Source of the DNA: Candidatus Acidiferrales bacterium
GTDB taxonomy: Bacteria > Acidobacteriota > Terriglobia > Acidiferrales > UBA7541
Reading direction: 5' to 3'
DNA length: 64,000 nucleotides
Assembly (NCBI GenBank): GCA_035603395.1
Contig: DATNKM010000063.1
Span: 3,065-67,064, forward strand
Shown piece by piece: positions 9,519 through 17,937 of the stretch; within the stretch, counting starts at the first letter, position 1, and each line of letters begins with the position of its first letter. Under the pieces are notes generated by a model, which saw only the letters and a program-made list of their open reading frames with translations, did not search any database and had not been told where the DNA came from. The translations under genes were made by a program, and so were the position numbers.

Positions 9519-11837
9519 ATGACGCACGAACTGCTGAACCATCTGTGGCAATCGACGGTTCTCGCGGTGGCAGTTGGGCTCCTGACGTTGTTGTTTCGCA
9601 GCAATGGGGCGCACACGCGTTACGGGCTGTGGTTCGCCGCGTCGTGCAAGTTTCTGATTCCGTTTTCGCTGTTGAGCGACTTTGGCAGGCACCTTAGCTG
9701 GAGGTCCGCGCCGGCGACGATACCGCTGGCGCTGGGAGATTTCGCGCGGCCTTTTTCCGTGTCTGCAGCGGGCGTCGGCGCCCTGCCCGCAGGCGCGCCC
9801 GTGGCTCCGATAAGCGCCGTGCACGGCCCGGGCGTCAATTGGCTGCTCGTCGTCCTAGGCGTGTGGGCCTGTGGGACGATCGCGATTGGCGCGCGGTGGA
9901 TGGTGCAATGGCTGCGCCTGCGCGCGGAAGTGAGAAAGGCGCCGCCAGTGGAACTGAATGTGGCGATTCCGGCGAGATCGTCGGCGACGCCGATCGAACC
10001 GGGAGTAGTCGGCCTGTTCCGGCCGGTGTTGCTGCTACCGGAGGGAATTTGTGAACGGCTGACGCCTTCCCAGATGAAGATGATTCTGGCGCACGAAATG
10101 TGCCACGTGCGCAGGAGCGACAACCTGACGGCCGCGATCCACATGCTGGTCGAAGCGGTTTTCTGGTTTCACCCGCTGGTGTGGTGGATCGGGCGGCAAA
10201 TGATCGTAGAGCGCGAAGCAGCATGCGATGAAGCCGTGCTGGCACAGAGCGGCGACCGGGAGGGTTACGCCGAGGCGCTTTTGACCGTTTGCAAGTTTTA
10301 CGTGGAATCGCCGCTGGCTTCGGCGGCGGGCGTGGCCGGCGCGGACCTGAAGAAGAGGATCGAATGGATCATGACGCCCCGGATCACGCACAAATTGAAT
10401 CTCGCAAAGAAGACGCTGTTGGCGGCCGCCGCTACAGCGACGGTTCTGGCGCCGATCGCGATCGCGTCGTTGTTCGCGATTCCGACGGGGACACTCGCGC
10501 AGACGCAGGGAGCCCACGGCGCGACTTTTCAGAGCGTGACGATTCGGGCGGACGAGCCGAGCTTGCTGAACATGATGATCGGTGTGGGCCCGGGCCGCTT
10601 TAACGCCAGCGGATACACGCTTCGAGAACTCATTGCCTGGGGTTACGACGTGCAAGGCTCTTTGATTTCGGGCCCCGCTGCGCTCGACGCAAAGTACAGC
10701 GTTGACGCCACTGCGCCGGGCGCTTTTACTGAAGCGAATTACACGGCCATCGACGCGGCGCGGGCCATGGTTCGCACAATGCTGGAGGAACAGTTTCAAC
10801 TTCAGGTCCATCACGCAACGCAGTCGGTTTCGGTGTACGTGCTCAGCGCCGGAGGGGCCAACGTCCTGATGAAGGCCGCTTCGCCGGCAGAGCCCGGACC
10901 GGGCATTACCCTGGGCCCGACTTCGATCGGCGGCGGCGCGCTACGAATGGATGACTTCGTGGAGGCGCTGTCACAGCGGCTCGGGCATCCTATCCTCGAT
11001 CAGACCGGTCTGAAGCAGACATACGACTTCAACTTGGATTGGAAGGTGAACGCCACTCCGCCGGCCGCCGGAAATCCGGGCGGCCCCAGTCCGGACGTGT
11101 TGGCGAGCGCGTTGCAATCGCAGCTTGGTCTATCGCTGCAGCCCGCGACCGCTCCAGCGGAAATGCTGATTGTCGATCACGTAACCTTGCCGAAGTCGCT
11201 GGCGCCGGCACGGACGGCAGTGCCGATGGATCCCCTACAGTTTGACGCATACGCGGGGCATTATTTGTTCATGGAAGGAATGGTGGTGAATGTGTTTCGC
11301 GACGGCGGACACCTGTATTCGCAGCCGCCCGGGCGGACGCCCATCGAAATCTTTCCCGAAGCGCAGGACAAGTTCTTCGCCAAGATCGTGGATGCAGAGG
11401 TTTCGTTCGAGAGAGATGCGACGGGAAAAGTCACCGGACTTGTACTGCATCAGGCAGGCCGGGATATCGCCATGGCGCGCTTGGACGAGGTGACGGCGAA
11501 GCAGATGATCGACGCGCAAAATGCGAAGATGCAGCAGAAAACCGCAACGCCGGGAAGCGAGGACGCACTGCGCAGGGACTTGACCGAGCTGGCGAGCGGC
11601 AAGCCCGATTACGACCGGATGAGTCCGGAACTGGCGGCGGTGACGAAGGAGGAGTTGACTGTTTTGCAGCGCGAGTTTCAGGCGCTCGGGACGCTGAATG
11701 CGCTGAAGTTTAGGGGGGTGGACCCGCAGGGCGCGGACATCTACGCCGCCGACTTTGAGCACGGTTCGATAGAGTGCCACATTGCGGTGATGCCCGACGG
11801 CAAGATTGCGAACGTGAGCCTGCGGCCAATGCCGTAG
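9519..11837 (+). CDS. M56 (BlaR1-like) membrane metalloprotease fused to a TIGR03435-type domain and further C-terminal domains
   Basis: AAGGAG lies 8 nt before ATG 9519. It begins LLNHLWQSTVLAV..., has several TM segments, and carries the HExxH motif (AHEMCHVRRSDNL). A TIGR03435-like stretch follows (LRELIAWGYDVQGSLISGP...MLEEQFQLQVHH...LDQTGLKQTYDFNLDW). A DUF3471-like module comes next (FDAYAGHYLF...VSFERDATGKVTGLVLHQAGRDIAMARL). Confidence 0.8.
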   Translation: MTHELLNHLWQSTVLAVAVGLLTLLFRSNGAHTRYGLWFAASCKFLIPFSLLSDFGRHLSWRSAPATIPLALGDFARPFSVSAAGVGALPAGAPVAPISAVHGPGVNWLLVVLGVWACGTIAIGARWMVQWLRLRAEVRKAPPVELNVAIPARSSATPIEPGVVGLFRPVLLLPEGICERLTPSQMKMILAHEMCHVRRSDNLTAAIHMLVEAVFWFHPLVWWIGRQMIVEREAACDEAVLAQSGDREGYAEALLTVCKFYVESPLASAAGVAGADLKKRIEWIMTPRITHKLNLAKKTLLAAAATATVLAPIAIASLFAIPTGTLAQTQGAHGATFQSVTIRADEPSLLNMMIGVGPGRFNASGYTLRELIAWGYDVQGSLISGPAALDAKYSVDATAPGAFTEANYTAIDAARAMVRTMLEEQFQLQVHHATQSVSVYVLSAGGANVLMKAASPAEPGPGITLGPTSIGGGALRMDDFVEALSQRLGHPILDQTGLKQTYDFNLDWKVNATPPAAGNPGGPSPDVLASALQSQLGLSLQPATAPAEMLIVDHVTLPKSLAPARTAVPMDPLQFDAYAGHYLFMEGMVVNVFRDGGHLYSQPPGRTPIEIFPEAQDKFFAKIVDAEVSFERDATGKVTGLVLHQAGRDIAMARLDEVTAKQMIDAQNAKMQQKTATPGSEDALRRDLTELASGKPDYDRMSPELAAVTKEELTVLQREFQALGTLNALKFRGVDPQGADIYAADFEHGSIECHIAVMPDGKIANVSLRPMP

Positions 11838-11873
11838 CGGGAGCTAGGACTGAAGCCTGCCATTATTGGGCGC

Positions 11874-12188
11874 ATGATTTTGCACTGGGAGATTTCGGCG
11901 GCGCTGTTGACGGCATTTCTGGCGCTTTCGATTCAGTCGTATTTATCCGCTTACACCCTGGCGGATTTTCAGCTCGCGCATGTGTACTTCGGGCCGACGG
12001 AAATACGGATCCTGATGATGGCTGGAAATGTGGCGCTGATGTTCTTCCCGCGGTTCGAATTGTTCGGACGCGAATTCTTTCTACTCGATGTCGGTGGGGC
12101 GATCGCGACGGCGGCGATGTTCGGGATGGCGATCGCCGCGTCGAGCAAGCATACGCGCAGGCTCTATAACGAGGAGCGGCTGCCCTGA
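11874..12188 (+). CDS. Small hydrophobic protein, possibly the C-terminal remnant of a larger membrane protein
   Basis: 104-aa ORF with 2-3 hydrophobic segments (ISAALLTAFLALSIQ, ILMMAGNVALMFF, LLDVGGAIATAAMFGMAIAA). No clear RBS. It starts only 37 nt after the blaR1-like stop. Confidence 0.35.
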   Translation: MILHWEISAALLTAFLALSIQSYLSAYTLADFQLAHVYFGPTEIRILMMAGNVALMFFPRFELFGREFFLLDVGGAIATAAMFGMAIAASSKHTRRLYNEERLP

Positions 12189-12222
12189 TGGAACTTGTCG
12201 CGCGCTGCGACGAGAGCGGCTG

Positions 12223-14043
12223 TTAATTCGCCTTCTGCGTGGGGATAAAATCCTCGAAGACGGCGCGGCGCATCAGCGCCGGGGGCAGCAACCCCTGAGA
12301 GAGGATGAAATCGTGGAATTTCTTCTGATCGAATTTCGAGCCGAGCGCCTTTTCGGTGTCCTGGCGCAGCTGCAATAGCCGCGTGTAGCCGTAAAAATAC
12401 GAATTGGCCTGGCCGGGCGAGCGGAAGGTGTAGCGTTCGACTTCGGACTTCGCAAACGGAATGCTCAAATTCACGTCGTCGGTCAGCACCCGCATGGCAT
12501 CTTCGGGCTTGATCTTTCCGGACTGAAGTTCGGGATCGAGGAACGCGCGGGCGGCGCGTTGCAAGCGCATCTGGAGTGAGATCAACTGCCCGTCGAGCGG
12601 CATGTAGGGCTTCATGATGTACTCGGCGTAGAGTCCCCAGCCCTCGACGTTGGTGCTATTGAACGCATAGAGCGCGCGGGCCAGCGAGACGCCGTGCTCG
12701 ACCATCGAATCGAACTGCAGCTCGTGGCCCGGCCGGACTTCGTGCGAGATAATCGTCCAGGTCACCGCGTCGTAGGAGAAGTCGTCGTACTTCTCCTCTT
12801 TCTTTTCGCCCTCGGTCGGAGGCAAATTCAGCGGCAGCACGAATTCGCCCTGCTCGCCGTGATTGTTCAGCAGTGGCGGAGGCACCATATGCGGGGCGGG
12901 CTGCGAGGAGCTTTCCGCCGCGGTCGCCAGGCGGATTCGCGCGGGGCGGTCCGGCAGGGTTACGAGCTGTCGCTTGGTGATGATCTGCTCGATTTCGGCC
13001 AGACGCTTCTTGTAAGAAGGCAGCACTGCGTCGCCAGAAACCTGGTTCTGCTTCAGCCGCCGGCAAACGCTGCGGTAGTCGGTGTCCTTCCATCCGTGCT
13101 CGGCTGCCACTCTGCCTGCGATCACCTGCATTTCGGCCTGATAGACCTTGAACTCGTGATGGGCTTCTTCTTCGAGCCGCGCGATCGGGATGTCGATGCC
13201 GTAGTTTTCAAGATCGAGTGCGTATTCCTCCGGTGGCAGGCGGAAGTCCGTGCGCGATTTCGGCAGCAAATCCGATTTGACCCAGGCATCGTAGTCTTCG
13301 AGCTCGGTTTTCAGTTTCGCGTACGGCTCTTCCCATCCTGGGATGCCGTACTGCTTGAAGAGCGGCGGAATCCCGTCGACGAAATTCTTGTTTCGCGAAA
13401 GCTGTGTTTCGATGTCAACCTTCGCGGGATAAATCATGTTCGGCTTGGTGATCTGCTCGGCGTCGCGCTGTTTCAGGATTTCCGTGAGCGGCTTGTATCC
13501 CGGCTCGACGCCGGCGTATTTTCGCAGGCGTATCAGAGCGGCGTGGCGGCGTTCGGGCGCCACCTGATCGTCCAGCAGCCGGCGCAATCCCTGAAAAACG
13601 TCCTCACTCGCGTTTTCGTACGGGACTTCGCGCGAATCGTTGAAGGCGTAGCTCCTCAACGAAAGTGAGATGGAGTGGAGCAAAATCGAAAGATCCTGCC
13701 GCACGCGCTTGTCGGGCTCGGTCTCGAGGGCGCGGGTCAGCTTGGCCTGGACCTCTTTCGTTTCGGCGATCGCCGCGTCTTCATCTTGCTTGGTCGGCTG
13801 CGAGATTTGTTCGTCGTACTGCGCGAGCCCTTCGGCGGAGGCCGTTTCGGGCGAATGTTTCTTGGTGACGTCGAGCAGCAGTTCCGTGTATCCGTTGCTG
13901 CGCGCGATCCAGTCCTGATCGGGTTTTGCGGAGGGCGCCGGAGCGGTGGGGGCCTGCGGCCCGGCCCACGACGGCCGGCCAATGCTCGCGACGCTCAAAG
14001 CAAGAATACACACCGCTGAAAATGTTCTGCGCTCTCTACTCAC
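12223..14043 (-). CDS. DUF885-family protein (putative secreted metallopeptidase-like)
   Basis: Contains HEVRPGHELQF and the usual DUF885 length. I place the start at GTG 14043, with AGGGGG 9 nt upstream, giving the signal peptide VSRERRTFSAVCILALSVASIG. The track ORF start at 14337 would overlap the DUF2203 gene. Confidence 0.7.
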   Translation of the reverse strand: MSRERRTFSAVCILALSVASIGRPSWAGPQAPTAPAPSAKPDQDWIARSNGYTELLLDVTKKHSPETASAEGLAQYDEQISQPTKQDEDAAIAETKEVQAKLTRALETEPDKRVRQDLSILLHSISLSLRSYAFNDSREVPYENASEDVFQGLRRLLDDQVAPERRHAALIRLRKYAGVEPGYKPLTEILKQRDAEQITKPNMIYPAKVDIETQLSRNKNFVDGIPPLFKQYGIPGWEEPYAKLKTELEDYDAWVKSDLLPKSRTDFRLPPEEYALDLENYGIDIPIARLEEEAHHEFKVYQAEMQVIAGRVAAEHGWKDTDYRSVCRRLKQNQVSGDAVLPSYKKRLAEIEQIITKRQLVTLPDRPARIRLATAAESSSQPAPHMVPPPLLNNHGEQGEFVLPLNLPPTEGEKKEEKYDDFSYDAVTWTIISHEVRPGHELQFDSMVEHGVSLARALYAFNSTNVEGWGLYAEYIMKPYMPLDGQLISLQMRLQRAARAFLDPELQSGKIKPEDAMRVLTDDVNLSIPFAKSEVERYTFRSPGQANSYFYGYTRLLQLRQDTEKALGSKFDQKKFHDFILSQGLLPPALMRRAVFEDFIPTQKAN

Positions 14044-14167
14044 GGATACCGCCCCCTGATTGGAAAAGCCGTCTGAATTTGAACCGGAATCATTGCATGG
14101 CTTGGACGCGGCCGGCGCATTTTTGTAAGCCGCGCTCGGAAGGCGCAGGCCGTCCATCGGCCGCCCG

Positions 14168-14614
14168 TTACTGAATGGGATTGCGATAACCCGAATCGCG
14201 CGGATCGATCGGCTTGCGTCCCGCGAAGCCTTCGTCCTGCGAGTGATAGAAGCGGATGCGGTCTTCGCCCAGCCGCCAGCACAAATAGACGGCCTCGCCG
14301 TTGATGCGTGCGGGGAAATCCAGCAGACCGACTTCAAGATCCTTCACCACGCAGCCGGTGGCGTGGATTTTCTCAAGCGCTGTCTGAATCGCGCCCGCCA
14401 GCCGATTGTGTTCGAGGCGCTGCCGGGCGGCTTTCTCGTGCGCGATCATCAAACCGCCGGACTGCTGGGCGCGCTCGGCCAACTTGCCGAGTTCCTCGTC
14501 GATTTCGTTCAGCTTGCGGCGCGCCTCGATGGCGTCGATCAGGATCGGCTCGATCTCCACGCGCAGGCGTTCGGCGTCGCGGAGGGAAAAGATTCTGGGC
14601 TCTTCGTCGGCCAC
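14168..14614 (-). CDS. DUF2203-family protein
   Basis: 148 aa, reading IFSLRDAERLRVEIEPILIDAIEARRKL...GCVVKDLEVGLLDFPARINGEAVYLCWRLGEDRIRFYH. This matches my recollection of DUF2203. GTG start, 31 nt after the moaA stop. Confidence 0.6.
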   Translation of the reverse strand: MADEEPRIFSLRDAERLRVEIEPILIDAIEARRKLNEIDEELGKLAERAQQSGGLMIAHEKAARQRLEHNRLAGAIQTALEKIHATGCVVKDLEVGLLDFPARINGEAVYLCWRLGEDRIRFYHSQDEGFAGRKPIDPRDSGYRNPIQ

Positions 14615-14645
14615 GGAGGAATTCTGACAGCTTCGTGCGGGAATG

Positions 14646-15626
14646 TCACCCGCCGATCGAAACCATCGTCCGGGATGGAGGGACGAATCCCGGCTCGTTG
14701 ATGCGGTGTCCCTTTTCTTTTTGCGAGACGATGGCGAGGATCTCGTCGCCGATTTCGCGGTCGGTGGCGCCGTCGCGCAGCAGGTGACGCAGGTCGTGGT
14801 CTTCCTTGCTGAAGAGGCAGGTGCGCAATTTGCCGTCGGCGGTCATACGCAGCCGCGAGCACGCTCCGCAGAAGGGCTGCGACACCGGATTAATGAGTCC
14901 GATTTCACCGCGGCCGTCGGCAAAGCGATATTTGCGGGCGGTTTCGCTGCGCTCGTGAACGATCGGGACAAGCGGCCATTTCGCCGCGATGCGCGAATAG
15001 ACTTCCGCGCCCGTAACTACTTTGTCTCGGGCCCACTCGTGGTCTGCGTCCAGCGGCATGAATTCGATGAAGCGCATGATCAGGTTGCGCTCGCGCGCGA
15101 AGGCGGCGAAGTCCTCGACCTCGCCGTCGTTTAATCCGCGCACCAGCACGGCGTTCACTTTCACGGGTCGCAGCCGAGACGCCTGGGCGGCGTCGATCCC
15201 GGCGATCACCTGATCGAAGGTTTTCGTTCGGGTGATGCGCTCGAATTTTTCCCGATCGAGCGAGTCGAGGCTGATGTTGATGCGGTCAAGGCCCACGGCC
15301 ACGAGACGGTCGCAGCGGTCGGCGAGCATCTGGCCGTTCGTGGTAATGGACACATCCCGGACGCCCAGCCCTTTCAGCCGCGCGATGAAGTCCTCGACGC
15401 CGGGCCGCACCAGCGGCTCGCCGCCCGTGACGCGCACCTTGCGGATGCCCATGCTCACCAGGATTCGCGCGAGGCGCTCATATTCGTCCCAGGTGAGCAG
15501 CTCGTCGGACGGCAGGTGCGTTTCCGGATTCGCCGAGCGGCAATAGACGCAGCGGAAATTGCAGCGGTCAGTGACGGAGATCCGCAGGTCGTGGATCTGT
15601 CGGCCGAATTTGTCGGTTAGCGGCAC
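14646..15626 (-). CDS. moaA: GTP 3',8-cyclase MoaA (radical SAM, molybdenum cofactor biosynthesis)
   Basis: LTDKFGRQIHDLRISVTDRCNFRCVYC (CxxxCxxC radical-SAM cluster), the C-terminal cluster FCGACSRLRMTADGKLRTCLF, and 326 aa. GTG start. Confidence 0.9.
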   Translation of the reverse strand: MPLTDKFGRQIHDLRISVTDRCNFRCVYCRSANPETHLPSDELLTWDEYERLARILVSMGIRKVRVTGGEPLVRPGVEDFIARLKGLGVRDVSITTNGQMLADRCDRLVAVGLDRINISLDSLDREKFERITRTKTFDQVIAGIDAAQASRLRPVKVNAVLVRGLNDGEVEDFAAFARERNLIMRFIEFMPLDADHEWARDKVVTGAEVYSRIAAKWPLVPIVHERSETARKYRFADGRGEIGLINPVSQPFCGACSRLRMTADGKLRTCLFSKEDHDLRHLLRDGATDREIGDEILAIVSQKEKGHRINEPGFVPPSRTMVSIGG

Positions 15627-15635
15627 GGGCGCAAA

Positions 15636-15669
15636 TTAAAAAAGCCCAAATCCGCGTTCGGATTCGGGC
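15636..15669 (-). terminator. Intrinsic terminator hairpin in the moaA leader (probable riboswitch expression platform)
   Basis: The minus strand reads GCCCGAATCCG-AACG-CGGATTTGGGC (10 of 11 pairs) followed by UUUUUUAAUUU. It ends about 10 nt before the moaA GTG. Confidence 0.6.
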
Positions 15670-15689
15670 GATAAAGACACCGGCGCATT

Positions 15690-15835
15690 GGTTTGCGCGG
15701 CGTATTTCCCCTTTCCAAACACGGGAGGCCAGGGTGTTTCCGCCCGGACCCTCGTCCCTAAAACCACAAGGGAATCGCCTCGAAGGCCATAGGATGTCTC
15801 TCCCGTAGGCCGTGGAGGTCGGAGAACGTACAGGC
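15690..15835 (-). promoter_or_regulatory. Probable Moco (molybdenum cofactor) riboswitch aptamer
   Basis: The minus strand reads ...UUCUCCGACCUCCACGGCCUACGGGAGAGAC...GGCCUUCGAGGC...GGGUCCGGGCGGAAACACCCUGGCCUCCCGUGUUUGGAAAGGGGAAAUACG. The CUCCGA.C, GCCUCCC and GGAAAGG blocks, and the position directly upstream of moaA, fit my recollection of the Moco RNA motif. No covariance model was run. Confidence 0.5.
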
Positions 15836-15941
15836 CAAGCATAGTCTTGTGGTCGAAGGGAATCAAATCGCATAGTCGGTACGGATATAAGCGGTTACGG
15901 TCGTATGTCGTCTGCAGATAGAGGCGAAAGCCGGCCCGTGG

Positions 15942-16454
15942 TTATACTTTTCCAATCTTGCGTGCCACGAGCTCGCGCAGTGGATCGACCTCGGTTGGCG
16001 AAAATGAGCGCTTGGGCAACATGTTGAAAATGCCTGTGGCGGGATATAACAGAATCAGGTCCTTTGACTCCTGCCAACGGACAAAGGTTGACCACCCCGA
16101 TTTCGAATGCATGTCCTGCGCCCAGTATTTGACGCCGTCCTCATCCAATTGACCGCGATACTCTTTTTGAAGACTTGGATTCCTTTTGAAATACCGTGTG
16201 GCGAGGATTCTCCACAGGAAAAGATCAAAAAAAAGAAAGAACAGGCCCAGACCAATCGCTGCAATTGCCGCCCCGCGATTGTCGTTCGCATCACGCGTCG
16301 TAAGAAGGAAGACCCCGATGCCGATGAAAACCAGGGCAAAGACCCTTGGGAATGAGCGCGGAAGCCGCGGCCACCCAAGAAATTTCGTTTTTTGCAAAGC
16401 CCGTCGCTGACCTTGGTAAAGATCATCTGCTGTCAAGCGAAAATTGACTACCAT
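15942..16454 (-). CDS. YcxB-like membrane protein
   Basis: 170 aa with two central TM helices (VFALVFIGIGVFLL, AIAAIGLGLFFLFFDLFLW) and a C-terminal region reading SKSGWSTFVRWQESKDLILLYPATGIFNMLPKRSF. This is typical of the YcxB family as I recall it. Confidence 0.5.
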   Translation of the reverse strand: MVVNFRLTADDLYQGQRRALQKTKFLGWPRLPRSFPRVFALVFIGIGVFLLTTRDANDNRGAAIAAIGLGLFFLFFDLFLWRILATRYFKRNPSLQKEYRGQLDEDGVKYWAQDMHSKSGWSTFVRWQESKDLILLYPATGIFNMLPKRSFSPTEVDPLRELVARKIGKV

Positions 16455-16467
16455 TCATCCCTACCGG

Positions 16468-17394
16468 TTATGCGCGGCCGCGGCTCATGTTGCGGATTTC
16501 TTTGCGGTAATCGGGGGCGGTAATTTCGATGGTGCGGCACATTTCGTAGAGGCGGGAACGGATGCGCTTGCCGACGCGCTCGGTGAGAGAATCCTCGATC
16601 GCCGGAGCGCGCATGCCGATCACCCGCGAGCTGGCTGGCGGCGCCGCGCCGTTTGCGCCCGGCTCCGCGTCGAGGTAATTCGTCGTCAGCAGCGTCACGC
16701 GCTTCTCGTTATAACGCGTATTGAGAACGTGACCCACGGTTTCAAGTGCCCAGAGTGAAGGCTTGCTCGACCCGACGTCGTCGAGCACCAGAATTTCCGC
16801 CTGGAGCACCGGCTCGAGGACGGTCATTTCCGTGGCCTGATTTTCGGGATTGTAGCTGTCTTGGATTTCCTTCAGCAGCTCGCGGTAATCGTAAAAGAGG
16901 CCGCTGTGGCCGCGCAGCACGATTTCTTTCAGCGCCGCCACGGCGAGGTGTGTCTTGCCTACGCCGCATGGGCCCATCAGCAGTAGCCCATGCTCATTGC
17001 CAACCGGAAATTCAGCGGCAAATTTCTGGACCACGAGCTTCGCTTGCGCCAGGCTGCGATTCCAGGCCGCCTGCTGTTCGCGCGAGACGTTTTCGATGTC
17101 GTTGTCCGCCTCGTAGCTCTCGAAATCGCAGTGGCGATAGCGTTCTGGGACGCGCGCTCGGCCGAGCGTACGCCCGGCGCGATCATCCGTAGTGCAGTCG
17201 CACGGGATCGCCCAGACCGTTTTCGGCGCGCCGGCCGATGCGCCCGGACGGTCCGATGCAACCGCCCGCGCACCCTCGGTGGTGCGCTCCACGACTTTCC
17301 AGCCGCTGCCCTGGCAAATGGGACAATCCGCTCGCGCCATGAAGGAAGAATATGCGGGCGGAACGCGCGGCGCAAGCGCACGTGTGCTGTGCAA
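16468..17394 (-). CDS. DnaC/IstB-like AAA+ ATPase with N-terminal Cys-rich (CxxC...CxC) segment
   Basis: Walker A LLLMGPCGVGKTHLA, Walker B EILVLDDVG, and then RVTLLTTNY. The N-terminus reads ADCPICQGSGW...AIPCDC. The start is ambiguous (TTG 17394 or ATG 17340). Confidence 0.7.
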   Translation of the reverse strand: MHSTRALAPRVPPAYSSFMARADCPICQGSGWKVVERTTEGARAVASDRPGASAGAPKTVWAIPCDCTTDDRAGRTLGRARVPERYRHCDFESYEADNDIENVSREQQAAWNRSLAQAKLVVQKFAAEFPVGNEHGLLLMGPCGVGKTHLAVAALKEIVLRGHSGLFYDYRELLKEIQDSYNPENQATEMTVLEPVLQAEILVLDDVGSSKPSLWALETVGHVLNTRYNEKRVTLLTTNYLDAEPGANGAAPPASSRVIGMRAPAIEDSLTERVGKRIRSRLYEMCRTIEITAPDYRKEIRNMSRGRA

Positions 17395-17513
17395 ATTCTA
17401 ACTGCTGTGGAAAGCGACGAACTTCGGAGCTAAAAACCCCCCAGGCGTTTTCGACCGGGCACATCGCCAAGCCTGGCGCTAGATAAAACGCCTCGCGGTT
17501 GTGGGATCAGCGG

Positions 17514-17918
17514 TTACTTTTCGACGCGAATCGCGTGGCGCGGTGCCGCGCGCACGATTGCATTGGAATTGCGTGCAGGCCGTTCGTTGCCGGCCATGAA
17601 GTCGCGCGTCACTTCGCTGCGCACGAACTTGATGAATGCTTCCATTTGCGCCTGCATTTCCCCCATTTTGTCGCGCATGTTTAAAATGATCTCGATGCCG
17701 GCGAGGTTCACGCCGAGCTCACGCGTCAAATTGAGAATCACTTCCAGGCGCTCAAGATCGGAATCCGTATAGAGCCGTGTGTTGCCCTGCGAACGCGAAG
17801 GCTTCAACAGGCCGACGCGCTCATAGAGCCGCAGCGTCTGCGGGTGGAGCTGATACAGCTCGGCGACGGCGCTGATCATGTATCCGGCCTTCGCCCTGTT
17901 TTTCGTTCGTGTTGCCAT
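17514..17918 (-). CDS. hspR: MerR-family heat-shock repressor HspR
   Basis: YMISAVAELYQLHPQTLRLYERVGLLKPSRSQGNTRLYTDSDLERLEVILNLTRELGVNLAGIEIIL. The ATG at 17918 lies 19 nt after the dnaJ stop and is preceded by GAGG. Confidence 0.85.
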   Translation of the reverse strand: MATRTKNRAKAGYMISAVAELYQLHPQTLRLYERVGLLKPSRSQGNTRLYTDSDLERLEVILNLTRELGVNLAGIEIILNMRDKMGEMQAQMEAFIKFVRSEVTRDFMAGNERPARNSNAIVRAAPRHAIRVEK

Positions 17919-17937
17919 GATTGCCTCGATCGACCGC

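Noticed and set aside
14044-14337. N-terminal extension of the DUF885 ORF to 14337
   Set aside because: It would overlap the DUF2203 gene by 170 nt and is Arg/Ser-rich. A GTG at 14043 with an upstream AGGGGG gives a clean signal peptide.
16468-17394. IS21-type mobile element suggested by the IstB-like ATPase
   Set aside because: There is no IstA transposase, no terminal inverted repeats, and no target duplication visible in the flanks, and the neighbours are housekeeping genes.
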